A stretch of DNA of 63,596 nucleotides, filler included, from Folioceros fuciformis (taxonomy: Eukaryota), in NCBI GenBank assembly GCA_049999805.1. It is 10 parts of 10 records of this genome, joined end to end, with 100 filler letters (N's around TTAATTAATTAA, not from the genome) between each part and the next. Parts side by side here need not be neighbours in the genome. Positions count along the whole stretch, not along the records: positions 11,775 to 17,970 come from JBNGIO010003926.1; positions 18,071 to 23,340 come from JBNGIO010003927.1; positions 23,441 to 28,347 come from JBNGIO010003928.1; 7 more parts are not named here. One strand, 5' to 3'. Position numbers and translations under genes: made by a program. Below are positions 12,237 to 23,819 of this stretch, one piece after another; position 1 is the stretch's first letter, and each line of letters opens with the position of its first letter. The notes under the pieces are model-generated. The model had not been told where the DNA came from. It made no database searches and saw only the letters and a program-made list of their open reading frames with translations.

Positions 12237-13400
12237 AATAGGAGCAGCCATCCTTGCAGCAACTCCTCCACCCACTTGGCTGATACTTGACGTAGGAAGT
12301 ATAGCCCCTACTGAAACCACTATGGGGGCTGACAATGGAACAATGGCCGGCAAGGGGTCTGGCTGACCACCAACAAGTGACTGCAAGCTATCCAGCAATG
12401 ATACCACAACTGAAGTATCACCTAGAGTTGACTGCAAAACACTCGACTGTAACACAGACTCCCTCTCAACACGACCCACTTGTTGGCTGTAAGACTCCTT
12501 CCTGCAACCGGATGTAATACCAACCTCTTGGGTGTCACTCTCTCCGGCAATCGACCCTTCAGATTCGTGCTCTCCACTTGACCAAGGCAGCTCCTCCTCC
12601 ACAAGGGTGCTAGCCTTAGGGGTCAAGCTACTCTCCCCTCTCAACAAATTCCTCCTTGTTGCACGTAGATCCCTAGGTGAAGGGGTTAGAGCTGCTCTCC
12701 ATCTACCAGTTCTGCGATCACCTCTTCCACCAGACATCTACAGGACAACTTAGACTCTCCATCCGATCAGCAAAAGAAACTCCTAAGCCGCTCCCCGGCA
12801 GCGGCGCCAAAAATGTGGAGGCAAAACCCCGGGCACTGATTGCCGACGGTTTCCACCTTTAGTGGCCACACTTATCCCGCTGTCGTTGAGACATTGGGTT
12901 TTGTTCCCACGAAGGAGCGATGAGGTTCCTTGCTGCAGTGGATGGAGGGTCGGACTCAATCGACTCGATGATGGATTCAAGGGCTCCCCTCCAGCTCCGA
13001 TTAGGCGTAGGACAAGTCTCGCTGTCCAGCAATCAGCTGCACCTCTCTTGGTGCCCACAAACTCACTCCATTCACTACAATGACCCTAACCTCTCAGATC
13101 TGCGACTTCCCTCACTCACTTCACTCACTCTCTCACTCCAGCACCAACACCAGCAACTAACAACGACACCACTACCTTCTTAACTTCCCTATTGACTCCT
13201 CCTACCCGGCAAGAGTCACTAGACTAACCCCAAAGAAGAGAAAGAAGGGAACACACTCCCCCCACACCCCCTCGGATATCTCCTCCCCACAACCTTACCA
13301 GATGCCATGAAACATGGCCGGCCTACAGCACTTGTCCAAACAGGGAACAAGAGTGGACAGGTCGAGAGAAAGACACATCCTTTACAATCAAGAGCTAGGG
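12237..13400 (-). mobile_element. Athila-like element 5' end: LTR (from 12814 upward), tRNA-Asp PBS (12792-12809) and leader/gag start
   Basis: Minus strand reads ...CCTCCACA TTTT TGGCGCCGCTGCCGGGGA. The downstream ORF resembles the start of the 1420 gag region. The distal LTR boundary is uncertain. Confidence 0.8.
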
Positions 13401-13431
13401 GCAAGCCCCTTCACCCTGGTTATTACACCTT

Positions 13432-13779
13432 GTGATCCTTGAAGGATCGGAAAGGGAGCCACATGATGAAGGAGAAGAGGAGGGGAGAGGAGAGGAAGAG
13501 AGGAGAAAGAGAGGTCTCACAGCTCTCTCTCATCTCTCTTGCAAAGGGAGCTCAAGAGGGTATTTATACCTTCTAGAAAAGCTCCCAAGGAAGCTTCACA
13601 AGAAGCTCACAGGAAGCTATGCAGGAAGCTTTCTAAAAATTAGCTTAAGCTAATCTAAACTAATGATACTTAATTAGACACTAATCTTAGACTAATCACA
13701 TTAGTTTAATTAGACTAATCACATTAGTTTAATTAGACTAATCACATTAGTTTAATTACATTGGGCTTTAATAACCCTA
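13432..13779 (-). mobile_element. Copia-family LTR copy with an internal 23-bp triplication (TTAGACTAATCACATTAGTTTAA)
   Basis: Colinear similarity to 6869-7100. No TSD found. Confidence 0.7.
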
Positions 13780-14160
13780 TGGCCCAGTACCGGACCTAAA
13801 CTTTCCCTAGGTCTGGGACCAAACCTATACCCACTCTAATAACCAAACCAACTATTTCCTGGTCAATTAACCAATTAGCACAAAGAAAAAAAAGAAAAAT
13901 GACCATAAAATAAAGGAAAATTAGGGAAAAGAAGTAGAAAAAGAAAACCAAACTATACCACTATGAACCCATTTTCAACCAAAACAAACCACTACCCCAA
14001 ACTTTGGAGGTTCACAACAGCTTTATTTAAATAGCTTACCCTTTCATTAGGGTTGCATCCNNNNNNNNNNNNNNNNNNNNNNNNNNNNNNNNNNNNNNNN
14101 NNNNNNNNNNNNNNNNNNNNNNNNNNNNNNNNNNNNNNNNNNNNNNNNNNNNNNNNNNNN

Positions 14161-16408
14161 CAACAGCCTAAGGGGTTTGTTGATAAGGATGTCTGAACAA
14201 AGTCTGTAAGCTCTTGAAGACCCTGTATGACCTTAAGCAAAGTCCCCGTGCTTGGTACAAGCGTATTATGACATTCCTGAAGAAACATGGCTTCGTTCAA
14301 TCACCAGCTGACTCAAACGTTTTCCACCTAATTTCTAGTGACCTGTTTGTCATCTTGGTGCTGTACGTTGATGATGCTATCCTACTGAGCAATAGTACAG
14401 CTCAGCTTGATCAAGTAAAGGCCCTTTTATGCTCAGAGTTCAAGATGTCTGATCAGGGCCCCTTACAATACTGTCTAGGCATCCAAATCCTGCGCAACAG
14501 GACACAAGGGTCAATAGTCCTTCATCAAAGAAAATACCTGAAGGAGATTTTAAAACGGTTTAATATGGATGCTGCTAAATCAGTCTCAACGCCATCAGCA
14601 GTGGGGGAAAAACTTACCAAGCAACAGTCTCCACTTGCCGATGATGACCAACTTACAATGTCTATTGTGCCATATGCTGAAGCCGTCGGCTGTCTGATCT
14701 TTCTGGCCAACTGGACATGTCTAGACATATCTTACTCTGTTAGTATAGTGTCACAGTTTCTAAAAAATCCTAGCAAAGCCCACTGGTCAGTCGTTAAGCG
14801 CATTTACAGATACTTAAAAGGCACCCTTACTTACTGGTTGCACTATGTGGCTAGTGGACAGCAGCAATTCTTACTTACAGCATTCACAGATGCTGACTCT
14901 CGTAAGAGTCTCTCGGCGTATGTCTTCCTACTGGCTACAGGAGCAAACATCCTTGGCGTTGTCGTCCACTAAAGCTGAGTACGAAGCCCTGACAGACGCA
15001 TGCAAGGAATTAGAGTGGGAGAGGCAATTCTTGGACGCAATCCACTTACCTCAGATTGGCCCCACTACTCTGCTATGTGACAATATGTCGGCTATAGCAC
15101 TTGTCCAGAACCCGAGGTTCCATGCCATGACCAAACACATCGAACTTTATCACCACTACGTTCGTGATGTAGCTAAAAGGGGCATGGTGAGAGTTCAGTA
15201 TGTCACTACCAATGAAAACACTGCTGACATCTTTACCAAGGGTCTGTCCAAGGAGAAGCACTACAAACACCTAGAAGCCCTTGGGCTGAGGGCATTTTCC
15301 ATGCCCATTACTAGTGAATGACCTACCTAGTTCTGTCCACATGGAGACAACTTGCAAGGCAGCTTGCCCAGTTCGCAGCAGTCCATACTTGGTCCTGCTG
15401 TCCGCACAAAGTATAGGACTTGCTTTACTGTCTCCTATTCACAAGTAGGTCGATGATGAGGTGCCCTCAGTGGATGAAACCTAAGTTTAGAATCCAGTTG
15501 TGAGAGCATCACATGTTAGAATTTTTGGAAGATGGCAGGTTTACCTCTCACTTGTTGCTGAGTGAAGGATGTATCCAAGTTCCTCGAGCTCCTGCATCAC
15601 CGCACTGTACTCTACAGGCGTTAAAGGTCGTGACAGTTCCTCCTCTGCAGGTGTCATAGCCAGTAGCGCCTCCAGTTCCTTTGCTTTCTTCTTTGCAGAC
15701 GAGAGGAGGTCTTCCAATTCGTTGCACTTCTCTAGCTCCTTGATCTGATGCCACAACAGCTCCATGTCAGCTTTGGTTGGCCACCATCGCTTCCCAGTCA
15801 AAGAGGGAGCTGACAAAGCTGGAAGCTGTTTGGGTGGCGGAGGTCTCAGACGCTCGATGCTGCTACTGCCCATCTCTAGAGAATCGAAGCTATTGCAGGC
15901 CATGCTGAAGAGGCGAGTGGTGATGGTGGTAATGCACTGCTGCGATTAAGCAAAGCCCCCTACTGACTGCCAAAGCATTGCTTCTGCTAAGTGCCGAGTC
16001 GCCCTTTTGTAGCTTGGATGAAACTCCAGGCTGCAGGCTGTGATTGCAATCAACGCCATGGCACAGGAGGATATCGTGACAAGTAATGACGGCAACTAAA
16101 GTGCCTCCACGAGGAAACACGATGTTAGCTGGAGTTCATGTGAGTGGTCCTTCAGTCCTTGGCTCCTGAGCTTCGCTTTTAACCATCGTAGGTTGAGAGG
16201 GAGTGTTAGGGTTAATCAGTGGTTAGTCAATTTAACCTGCTTAGGTTAGAAATAACAAAGGGTCACACCCTTTTGGGTTACCCAAACTAACAAAGTACTT
16301 TACACAATTTGTTTTGAACACTTTTATCACAACAGCATATTTTGCCTTTCTGTCCAAGCCTTCCGCTGATAAACAAACAACAAGAGGACCTGTAAGGGGC
16401 AAACAACA
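14161..16408 (+). mobile_element. Ty1/Copia RT-RNase H (to 15321), long 3' region, PPT (16195-16203) and 3' LTR from 16204
   Basis: LYDLKQSPRAW, LYVDD, SSTKAEY, CDNMSAI, KHIELYHHYVR and ADIFTK motifs. GAGAGGGAG precedes TGTTAGGGTT. The LTR end is approximate. Confidence 0.9.
15541..16186 (-). pseudogene. Degenerate antisense extra ORF (coiled-coil C-terminus) inside the Copia 3' region
   Basis: ATG at 16186, one in-frame TGA, frameshift near 15950, then the 15541-15903 ORF (ELLWHQIKELEKCNELEDLLSSAKKKAKELEALL). Confidence 0.5.
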
Positions 16409-16729
16409 TGCCCTTTATACCACAAACTGAGGAAAGGGGGGCAAACCTAATTTCCGAGGTCGACAGTATTCTTCAAGTGCTGGGACTCCTCAGAAGGGTG
16501 TGTGGAGACCACATAGGAGATAGGCCTCTTAGAAAATGGGTGGTATTTGTTTTTTTTTAGAGTTTTGATAGAATTCCTTGTAGAGGTAATTAGGAAACTA
16601 TGTTAGATAAGGCTAGATTAAATAGGATGATAAGGAGATAGTGGTGGTGCAGTTGAGAAAGACAACAATCGTCTAGCTAACCCGTGGTCGTGGAAAATGT
16701 GAAGTAGGGGGTAGGGTGTGCCCGTGGAG

Positions 16730-17970
16730 AGGGACGCCAGCGTGCGTGGGACCCTAAGTCGGGTGTGTGAGGGTGAGCTAGGGCCTCGGGAGCGTGCGGC
16801 AGGTGGTTGGGCATAGGCAGGGAGGTAGGGTGCCTAGGCCTGCTCTGGCCTTAGGCTAGGTGGCTGGGGCTGAGGGTCTAGCCGGAAGGCGGGCCGGCCT
16901 GCTAGTGGAATGGATCTGACAAGCGGACGGGCAGTGGCTGCAAGCCCAGGCAAGATTCAACAGGCCGGGTGACCGTAGGGCGGCTCCAAGCAGGCTAGGT
17001 TGTGGTGGCAAGGCAGCTGAATCTAGCCAGCCAGCAGACGGGCTGGCTGGTTTAGGAGGGGCTAGACAGGGGCTGGCTGGGCAGGAAGCAGCCAGCCTGA
17101 GACGGCGGCGGGTTGGCCGGGCCAGCAGCAGCCGAGTGGAAGACCTGCTGGCCGGCAGACAAAACCAGCACTCTGGCTGGGGAATCCCGAAGCCAGGTAG
17201 CTGCCCAACCAGTTGTTTTATCCAGGTAGTCGCCGGCTTGCAGGTAGCTGGGGCTGGATCCGGAGGTTGGCAGGCCGGCCAGGCAGCAAGCAGTAGGAAT
17301 GGACCTAGCCCGGCTAAGCGGAGAGCGGGTAGCCTAGCTGGGCTGCTGGGCTGGTCGGAGTTGGAGGCAGGCGGTCCGGTGGAGGCTGGTTGCCCAGGCC
17401 GTCGGCGGCTGCGGCTGGAGGGCCTAGCAGCAGCCCATCCTAGGTTGGCACCCATGGCGGGCTGGCCTAGATCGCATTGCAGGCTGGCTGGATTGGGTTT
17501 GGCAGGGTGGTTGGGCCGCGGGCAAGTAGTAGTAGGGTGGGGGCGAATCCTGGCTAGTCGGCGGGGTGGGCTGATCAGGACCGAAGTAGCAGGCTATAGG
17601 AGACGAAACCAACTGGAATGGCAGGCAGCGAGAGTCAGTAGGCAGCCAGCAGGTGGGCGCCTAGCCGGACCACCATGCAGCCAAGCTGCCGCTTGACGGC
17701 TGGGAGGGGATCGACCTGGTAGGGGCTGGCCAGCTGAGGCCGGCTACAGCAGCAGAACGGCCAGGCGCAGGTAGGCGACCCGGCAGAGCAAGCAAATAGA
17801 TAGAGGTTGACGGATCTAGGCCAGGCGGGCCTCGGCATGATCTAGCTGCAGGCAGGGTAGTGGTTGAGATCTGGCAAGGGGGGTTTACTGGTTGGAGGTG
17901 GCGGCTGAGGGGTCTAGCCAGCGGCCCAGCCCGCCCCAGCTGCGAGCAGACAGCAGGTGAGCCTGTGGGC
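16730..17970. repeat. GC-rich degenerate simple-repeat tract (GGCTGGC/GCCAGC/GCCGGC), probably TE-internal
   Basis: Low-complexity composition. The ORFs here are Gly/Ala/Arg/Pro-rich noise. Confidence 0.6.
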
Positions 17971-18070
17971 NNNNNNNNNNNNNNNNNNNNNNNNNNNNNN
18001 NNNNNNNNNNNNNNTTAATTAATTAANNNNNNNNNNNNNNNNNNNNNNNNNNNNNNNNNNNNNNNNNNNN

Positions 18071-19770
18071 GGGGCAGTCCTGTCACCCACCATCTGTAGT
18101 GGTAGAGTCCCAGGCGCGTCCTCAGCTGTAGGACGTAGCCCCGCGTCCCTCCTGTGCCCATACGTACATACAGAAACAGCTTCAGAACTGTGGCCCCTTC
18201 TACATACAAGCCTGGCACATAGGAGGCCTCCTCCTCATACTGTAGCACAATCCGACCTTCTGTCATAACAGAGGTGCTTACCCCGTCCTCCCTTGGGCTA
18301 CCTCGGGTTGCCTGCTCCCCCTCCTGCTGGGGTACCTGAAGGTTCTTTGCCTGCCCAGCTGTTGCCTCCTCCGGCTCTATCCTCCTGGTACGGGTCACCC
18401 TCCTGGAGCGCCTAGGGGCAGGCGCCCCTACTGCTTCCTCCTTCGTTTCCAGGGTTGGTTCTTCCGCTATCCTGGTCGGCTACTCAACTACTGGTAGTCC
18501 CGTGGACTACCGGACCACCGGTAGTCCCTTCAACTACCGTTCCCCTGGTTCGGCTACCGGTAGCCCCTTCTACTACTGGGGTCACCGACTAACTCGGGCG
18601 CCCAGCCTTGCTCTTCCCCTTCACTCTCTCTCTGGCCTCATCCCGCTCCCGCTTATATCTGTCAGCCAACTTCTGAGCCTGCTCCAAAGCGGCTATCTCC
18701 ATCTCCTGTGCCCTAGCCATTTCCTGTTGCATCTCTAGGTTAGTCTCGTGAGCCTCCCTCACATGAGCTAGCAGAGTTCCCTGTTGCTCTTTCAGCGCCT
18801 GCACTTCAGCCCTCGCCTCGCGCGCCTCTTCCTCAGCTTGAGCCTTCTCCTTGTCCAGGACCCACTGCTTCTTCTCCAGCAGTTGCCGCGCCATCTCCGA
18901 CTCCGCCAGTTGCTTCCTTGCTTCAGCCTCTCGCTCACGAGCCTTCTCCTCCTTTCCCCAAGCCTCGACCTCTTGCTCCGCTTGTACACTTAACCAGGTC
19001 AGGGCCCTAGCAGCTTGATCCAAGAGGTTTGCTTGGGCCTGCACCATCGCAGCAGTCAGCCCGGGTAAGTCCACCTCCTGCACCCCTCCGGTGCCCATTC
19101 CTCTCGCCGTGATTTGTCTGCCCAAGAATTCTCACAACTTGTCCAGGTCCCCCACCTGCAACCTGTCTCTCTGAGGCCTGCACCTGAAAATGTCCTTCCA
19201 CCTTGAGGAACCGTCCTGTGTTGAAGCGTGCCCTAACTTATCCTCCTGTCTGGAGGAAATTGTGTTGGCTGCCATCACCAGATCCGGTGGCTCCTCGGGT
19301 CTTGTCCCACCCTCACCTTGCTCCTCCAACCTTTGATTCTTGATTCCCTGGACAGTTGGTTCTCGTTCTGCCTCTTGCTGACGTGTCTGCTCCAGGGCTG
19401 TCCCCCCTCCTATCCAGAGGCTGCTGCTCCAGGAATCAGTTCAGGCCGCGAACTCATCCTGCCTGTCCCCCTCCTCTCACGCTCGGGCTCGGAACTCTTC
19501 TGTCCTGGTCGCGCTCTGGCTCTTCCTCCGTTTGCCCAGCTCTCTCCACCGCTCGCGCCTTGGAGGTCTTCCACTCCCCTGTGCCTGCTCAACCCTTACG
19601 CCCTGCGTCGTCTGTCTCGTCGTCCTGGCGCTTTCTCCTTCCTCAGCCGCTTCACGCTTCAAGTTACTCCCACTCCCCGCGCTTCCGGATGCTGGACAAA
19701 GCTCCCCCTTCTCTAGGGTTTTTATGCCCTGCCTGCTTTCTCTCCTTACCGCCCATCGGGCTACCACCAG
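18071..19770 (-). mobile_element. Degenerate long coiled-coil ORF, probably an accessory ORF of an LTR retrotransposon
   Basis: ORFs 19132-19329 and 18589-19125 are in frame across one stop and Glu/Arg/Lys-rich with heptad character. No catalytic motif was recognised. Confidence 0.4.
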
Positions 19771-20121
19771 NNNNNNNNNNNNNNNNNNNNNNNNNNNNNN
19801 NNNNNNNNNNNNNNNNNNNNNNNNNNNNNNNNNNNNNNNNNNNNNNNNNNNNNNNNNNNNNNNNNNNNNNGGGTAGCATATATAGAGACCTAAGGGGCCC
19901 CGGACCACCAAAGGCCACGGTCATACCCCACTCACCTACCTACAGACCTGGTCCTTAATGTTCTCAATGACCCGAGAGACAAGGAGGCACTCGCTCATTC
20001 CTCCTCCTTGTCCTGGTCTTCAATACACCCCAAACCCCAAAGCCCAAGAGGGACTTTGGGCATAAACGCCCTGGTCTTATTTACCTACTAAGCCGATTCG
20101 CCTGTCCCTTCACAAAAAAAA

Positions 20122-20958
20122 TCACAACCTGCTCATTCCGTCGCTCAAAATGGGGGTTCCGAAAGTTTTTTTTCGTTCACAGATTGCAAGAGCCCAAACG
20201 TGTACTACGTGCTTAACCTGTGGGCATACGATTAGTCTATCCCTCATTCCTACCATATTAGTTGTTGGACCAATGGCAGGATCCAATTGTTTGTCTTTGT
20301 CATTCACAATCCTAAACAATGCGCTTTTAGAATCTGTTATTGAAAATTTCTTTATTGTCCATCTAGTCAACTCCTTAAGTATGCAAGAGTGTTGGACATA
20401 ATATTCGCAAACCTCTTTCTTTTGTTGCTTTGTTAGGGTAGCATGCTTGCGCGGTGGCTTAGGCAGCATTGTTCCTACGCATCAAAGAGGATGGGTAAGG
20501 AACACATACAAAATATCTCACAGCAAGACAACAACTTAGAACACCATAAGACAACTTGTACAATGAAACAACTTATGTACTAGGAACAATGCTTCTGATC
20601 ACAAAGCATAGTGTACAGAACTGCTACATATATAGGCCCAGAACTACTACATATATAGGCGTAATCTCTCGATGACTTGTCTATATTTTATGATATAATC
20701 TTGATAGCCTTTAACTTGACATAATCTCAATAACTCATGATTTAATCTCGATAAGATAATTTCCTCAATTTTTTTATTTTTTTAAAATATGTATTTTCCC
20801 TTTTAGAGAGGTGTACTTACATTGAATGTTTGGGAGACATGTTCCCATTTACAAATTAGAGGGGTTTCCCATGTAGCATGTAGCACATTCAAGGGAGTAA
20901 GCCCGAGCGTCCTATTTAAAGGGGGTTCCCAGGGGTTCCAATTAGAGGGGTTTAATTG
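20122..20958 (-). mobile_element. 5' end of a pogo/Tigger-like DNA transposon: TIR plus CENP-B/ABP1-type N-terminal HTH
   Basis: ORF 20122-20469 (RKHATLTKQQKKEVCEY...ELTRWTIKKF...KSALFRIV...CPQVKHVVHVW...ILSD). The minus strand starts TA|CAATTAAACCCCTCTAATTGGAACCCC at 20958. Confidence 0.7.
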
Positions 20959-21165
20959 TAGCTAGGTGTACCATGGTCCTCCAAGACGATGCCCTAAGTA
21001 GCTAGGTGTAGCATGGTCCTACAAGTCGATGCCCTAAGTAGCTAGGTGTAGCATGGTCCCATAGGACGATGCCCCAAGTAGCTAGGTGTAGCATGGTCCT
21101 ATAGGACGATGCCCTAAGTAGATAGGTGTAGCATGGTCCTACAAGACAATGCCCCAAGTAGGTAG
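20958..21165. repeat. 40-bp tandem repeat, about 5 copies
   Basis: Unit GTAGCTAGGTGTAGCATGGTCCTACAAGACGATGCCCTAA starting at 20958, 20998, 21038, 21078 and 21118. Confidence 0.92.
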
Positions 21166-21659
21166 GTATGTATCCTGGTATATCGTTGTACTCGTTGTTC
21201 TCAAAAAACTCTCATGGATGAAAATCTATTCGTAATAGATATAAATAAAAAATTCTTCCTCTTCTCCGTGGAACACCTCAATGTGCAACTAATACATTTT
21301 AAATCGGTGTAGTATGACTTCAACAATGCAGATAGTACCGTAATTCTCTTTTCTTGTGCTTTCTGGCATGAGACAGGGTACAACAGCTTAAGAGCATAAG
21401 CACTAGCGTTAACAAGTAGGAACAATCCACCTATCTTTCAACAGATCACCTATCTTCGTTAGTTGTGGTGGTTCTCATCTTGTGTCGTAGCTCGCTCACT
21501 TGAGCTTTCTGTTAGCATAAATGGTACAAACATGAAATGGAAACTTATGTGCTGAAGGACAAAGGGGCAAACAGTTGGCAGAAATGTTACATAGGTGACA
21601 AAGGTGTTGCAGTGAAGGATGAGGACGAGCAGTCCCATGAGACAGGTACGTAGAGTGCT

Positions 21660-22336
21660 AGTTTCGTTTCTCACGACGTAACATTGAAACAGCACATGCT
21701 TCATGGATCTGTAGCAGGAATGGTGGAACACATGGCCATGTTCCTTGTAGACATAGTTAAGACACGCATGCAAGTTTTTTCCATTCTTGCTGCTAAAACT
21801 CACATGACGAGAGCTTTGTCTTCTATACTAAAGAGTGAGGGTGCTCTTGGGTTATGCAGAGGAATTGGAGCAATGGGAGTAGGAGCCGGACTAGTGCATG
21901 CTGTCTATTTTTCAGTGTATGAGGTGTGCAACTAAGGAGAAGGTTGGAGGTAACAGGGAGGGCCATCATCCCTTGGCCCATGCATTTGCAAGGGCGGTTG
22001 CAACTACGGGTAGTGATGTAGCTCTTACCCCATGGACCCTGTAAAGCAAAGGTTGCAGCCGAAGCGAAGTCCTTACAGGGGTCTTGTAGACAGTGTGAGA
22101 TAGATGCTGAACTAGGAGGCTATTGGGCATTTCTATGCATCTTACAGGACGACAATGATGATGAACATCCCGTTCATGGCTATGCATTTTACCTCGTATG
22201 AGGCAACAAAGAAGGGTGTCTCTTGGTGAGATGAAGAAACTTTCTTCACATATATAACGGCTGGTGGGGTGGCTGGAGCTGTTGCGAGCGTTGTGACCAC
22301 GCCTTGGATGTTGTGAAGATGCGGTTGCAAACTCAA
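21660..22336 (+). pseudogene. Mitoferrin-like (MRS3/4-type) mitochondrial carrier pseudogene fragment
   Basis: QHMLHGSVAGMVEHMAMFLVDIVKTRMQ, GIGAMGVGAGLVHAVYFSVYE, SYRTTMMMNIPFMAMHFTSYE and TAGGVAGAVASVVTT motifs, with multiple stops and frameshifts. Confidence 0.85.
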
Positions 22337-23819
22337 GTACTATGCTGCGTGCTTTAACCTGTCATTTGGAGTGTCAGCAGTGGGTCGCTCTCCGTTATAG
22401 ACTCAAGAGCTGGGTGTCGGCTATGCGATAGTTGAGGAAATGGCATGTGTGTCAAGCCATGTTGATTAATTAGGGTATCTAATTAGCCTAATAGGTATAA
22501 TTAGGCTAATCGTATGTAATTAGTCTAACTATATGATTAGGTAGATGAGAGATAGCCAAGCAGGGAATGTGTGACCCGTCTAGGGTTCAGAACCATCATT
22601 GTGCGACATGGTGGAGAGGTTTCGAGCGTGGGCGGCATGGCGACGATGGAGGAGAAGAGGACTGGGGGTAACGGCTAGGAGCAGCGTGACAGATAAGTGC
22701 CGATCTTCTGGGCTCAATCCCGTAGTTGTTAGAAGTTCTCTCGTTGAGCCTAAGCTTGCGGTCAAGGTAGCTGGCCAAGAAACTGCTTGTCAATCCACTG
22801 CTCAGAATCAGAGTGAAAATCATTGATGGGTTGCATTGCAGTGTAAGCATGAGTGACTGGCCGTCTTAGCATACCGCACCAGGGCTAGGTGAAGCACTTA
22901 CTACGACTTGAAAACCCAGCGCTCAGGTAGGCAAGTTCACAAGTGCTAAGGTGCTCCGTCGTGGGCATCAGCACGACACCGGTGGACGCTAGGGCTGGAC
23001 AGCAAGCTGAGGCACTCAACTCAAGTGTCAGGGGGATTCCAGCAAGCTATGGTGTCCCGTTGCGGGCATCAGGGTATTGTCAGTGCTGGATAGTGAGCGG
23101 AGGCACCCAACTCAAGCGCCAGAGGAGTCCCAGCAAGTTGTGTGCCCGTCGGGGGCACTAGGGTAGCGTCAGTGTATGGAGGTGCCAAGCAGCGGGTTGT
23201 TGGGCAACGACAAACGTGTGTGTGTGAGTGTCAGGAGCAGAGAGAGAAGGACTCACTGAACGCAAGGTGAGTCTACCCATAAACCCGAACCAACCCAACT
23301 GTGTGGAAGGCCGCTCACGGAGCTGAGGAGGCGGCTGTACNNNNNNNNNNNNNNNNNNNNNNNNNNNNNNNNNNNNNNNNNNNNTTAATTAATTAANNNN
23401 NNNNNNNNNNNNNNNNNNNNNNNNNNNNNNNNNNNNNNNNGGTGCGCACTAAGTGTCAAAGTTAGCGAGTCACGTGGGAAGTGTTGAAGGCGCGCACTAA
23501 GTGTCAAAGGTGGGTGGCAAGTGCGATGCCCCAAGAGAATTAATTCACTCTTTAGTGCGTGAGAAGGCGTTTCTTGCAGGAAGTGCTAGAAGTACACGAG
23601 AAGTGCTTGGATGGAGGCATCACATCATGCTGACCGCAAATTCTGGGATGATTCTACCCCGAGTTCAGTTCTCCAGCTTTTTTGAGTTTCTCTTAGACTT
23701 CCGTGCTCAAGATGTGAAGGAGGTGCTGTGCAGTATTGCATCCCAACCTCCGCAAGTTTCATTCCAATTGGAAGAGCCCAATAGGAAAAGAGTGCTTTAG
23801 ACAAAAGCTGAGATCTTGG

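Noticed and set aside
13432..13779. Non-canonical 5'-TA...CA-3' LTR termini
   Set aside because: The related copy at 7103 starts with TG right after the PPT, and no TSD is seen, so this copy is more likely truncated.
16856..17838. Long overlapping ORFs on both strands
   Set aside because: Products of GC-rich low-complexity DNA with no recognisable domain.
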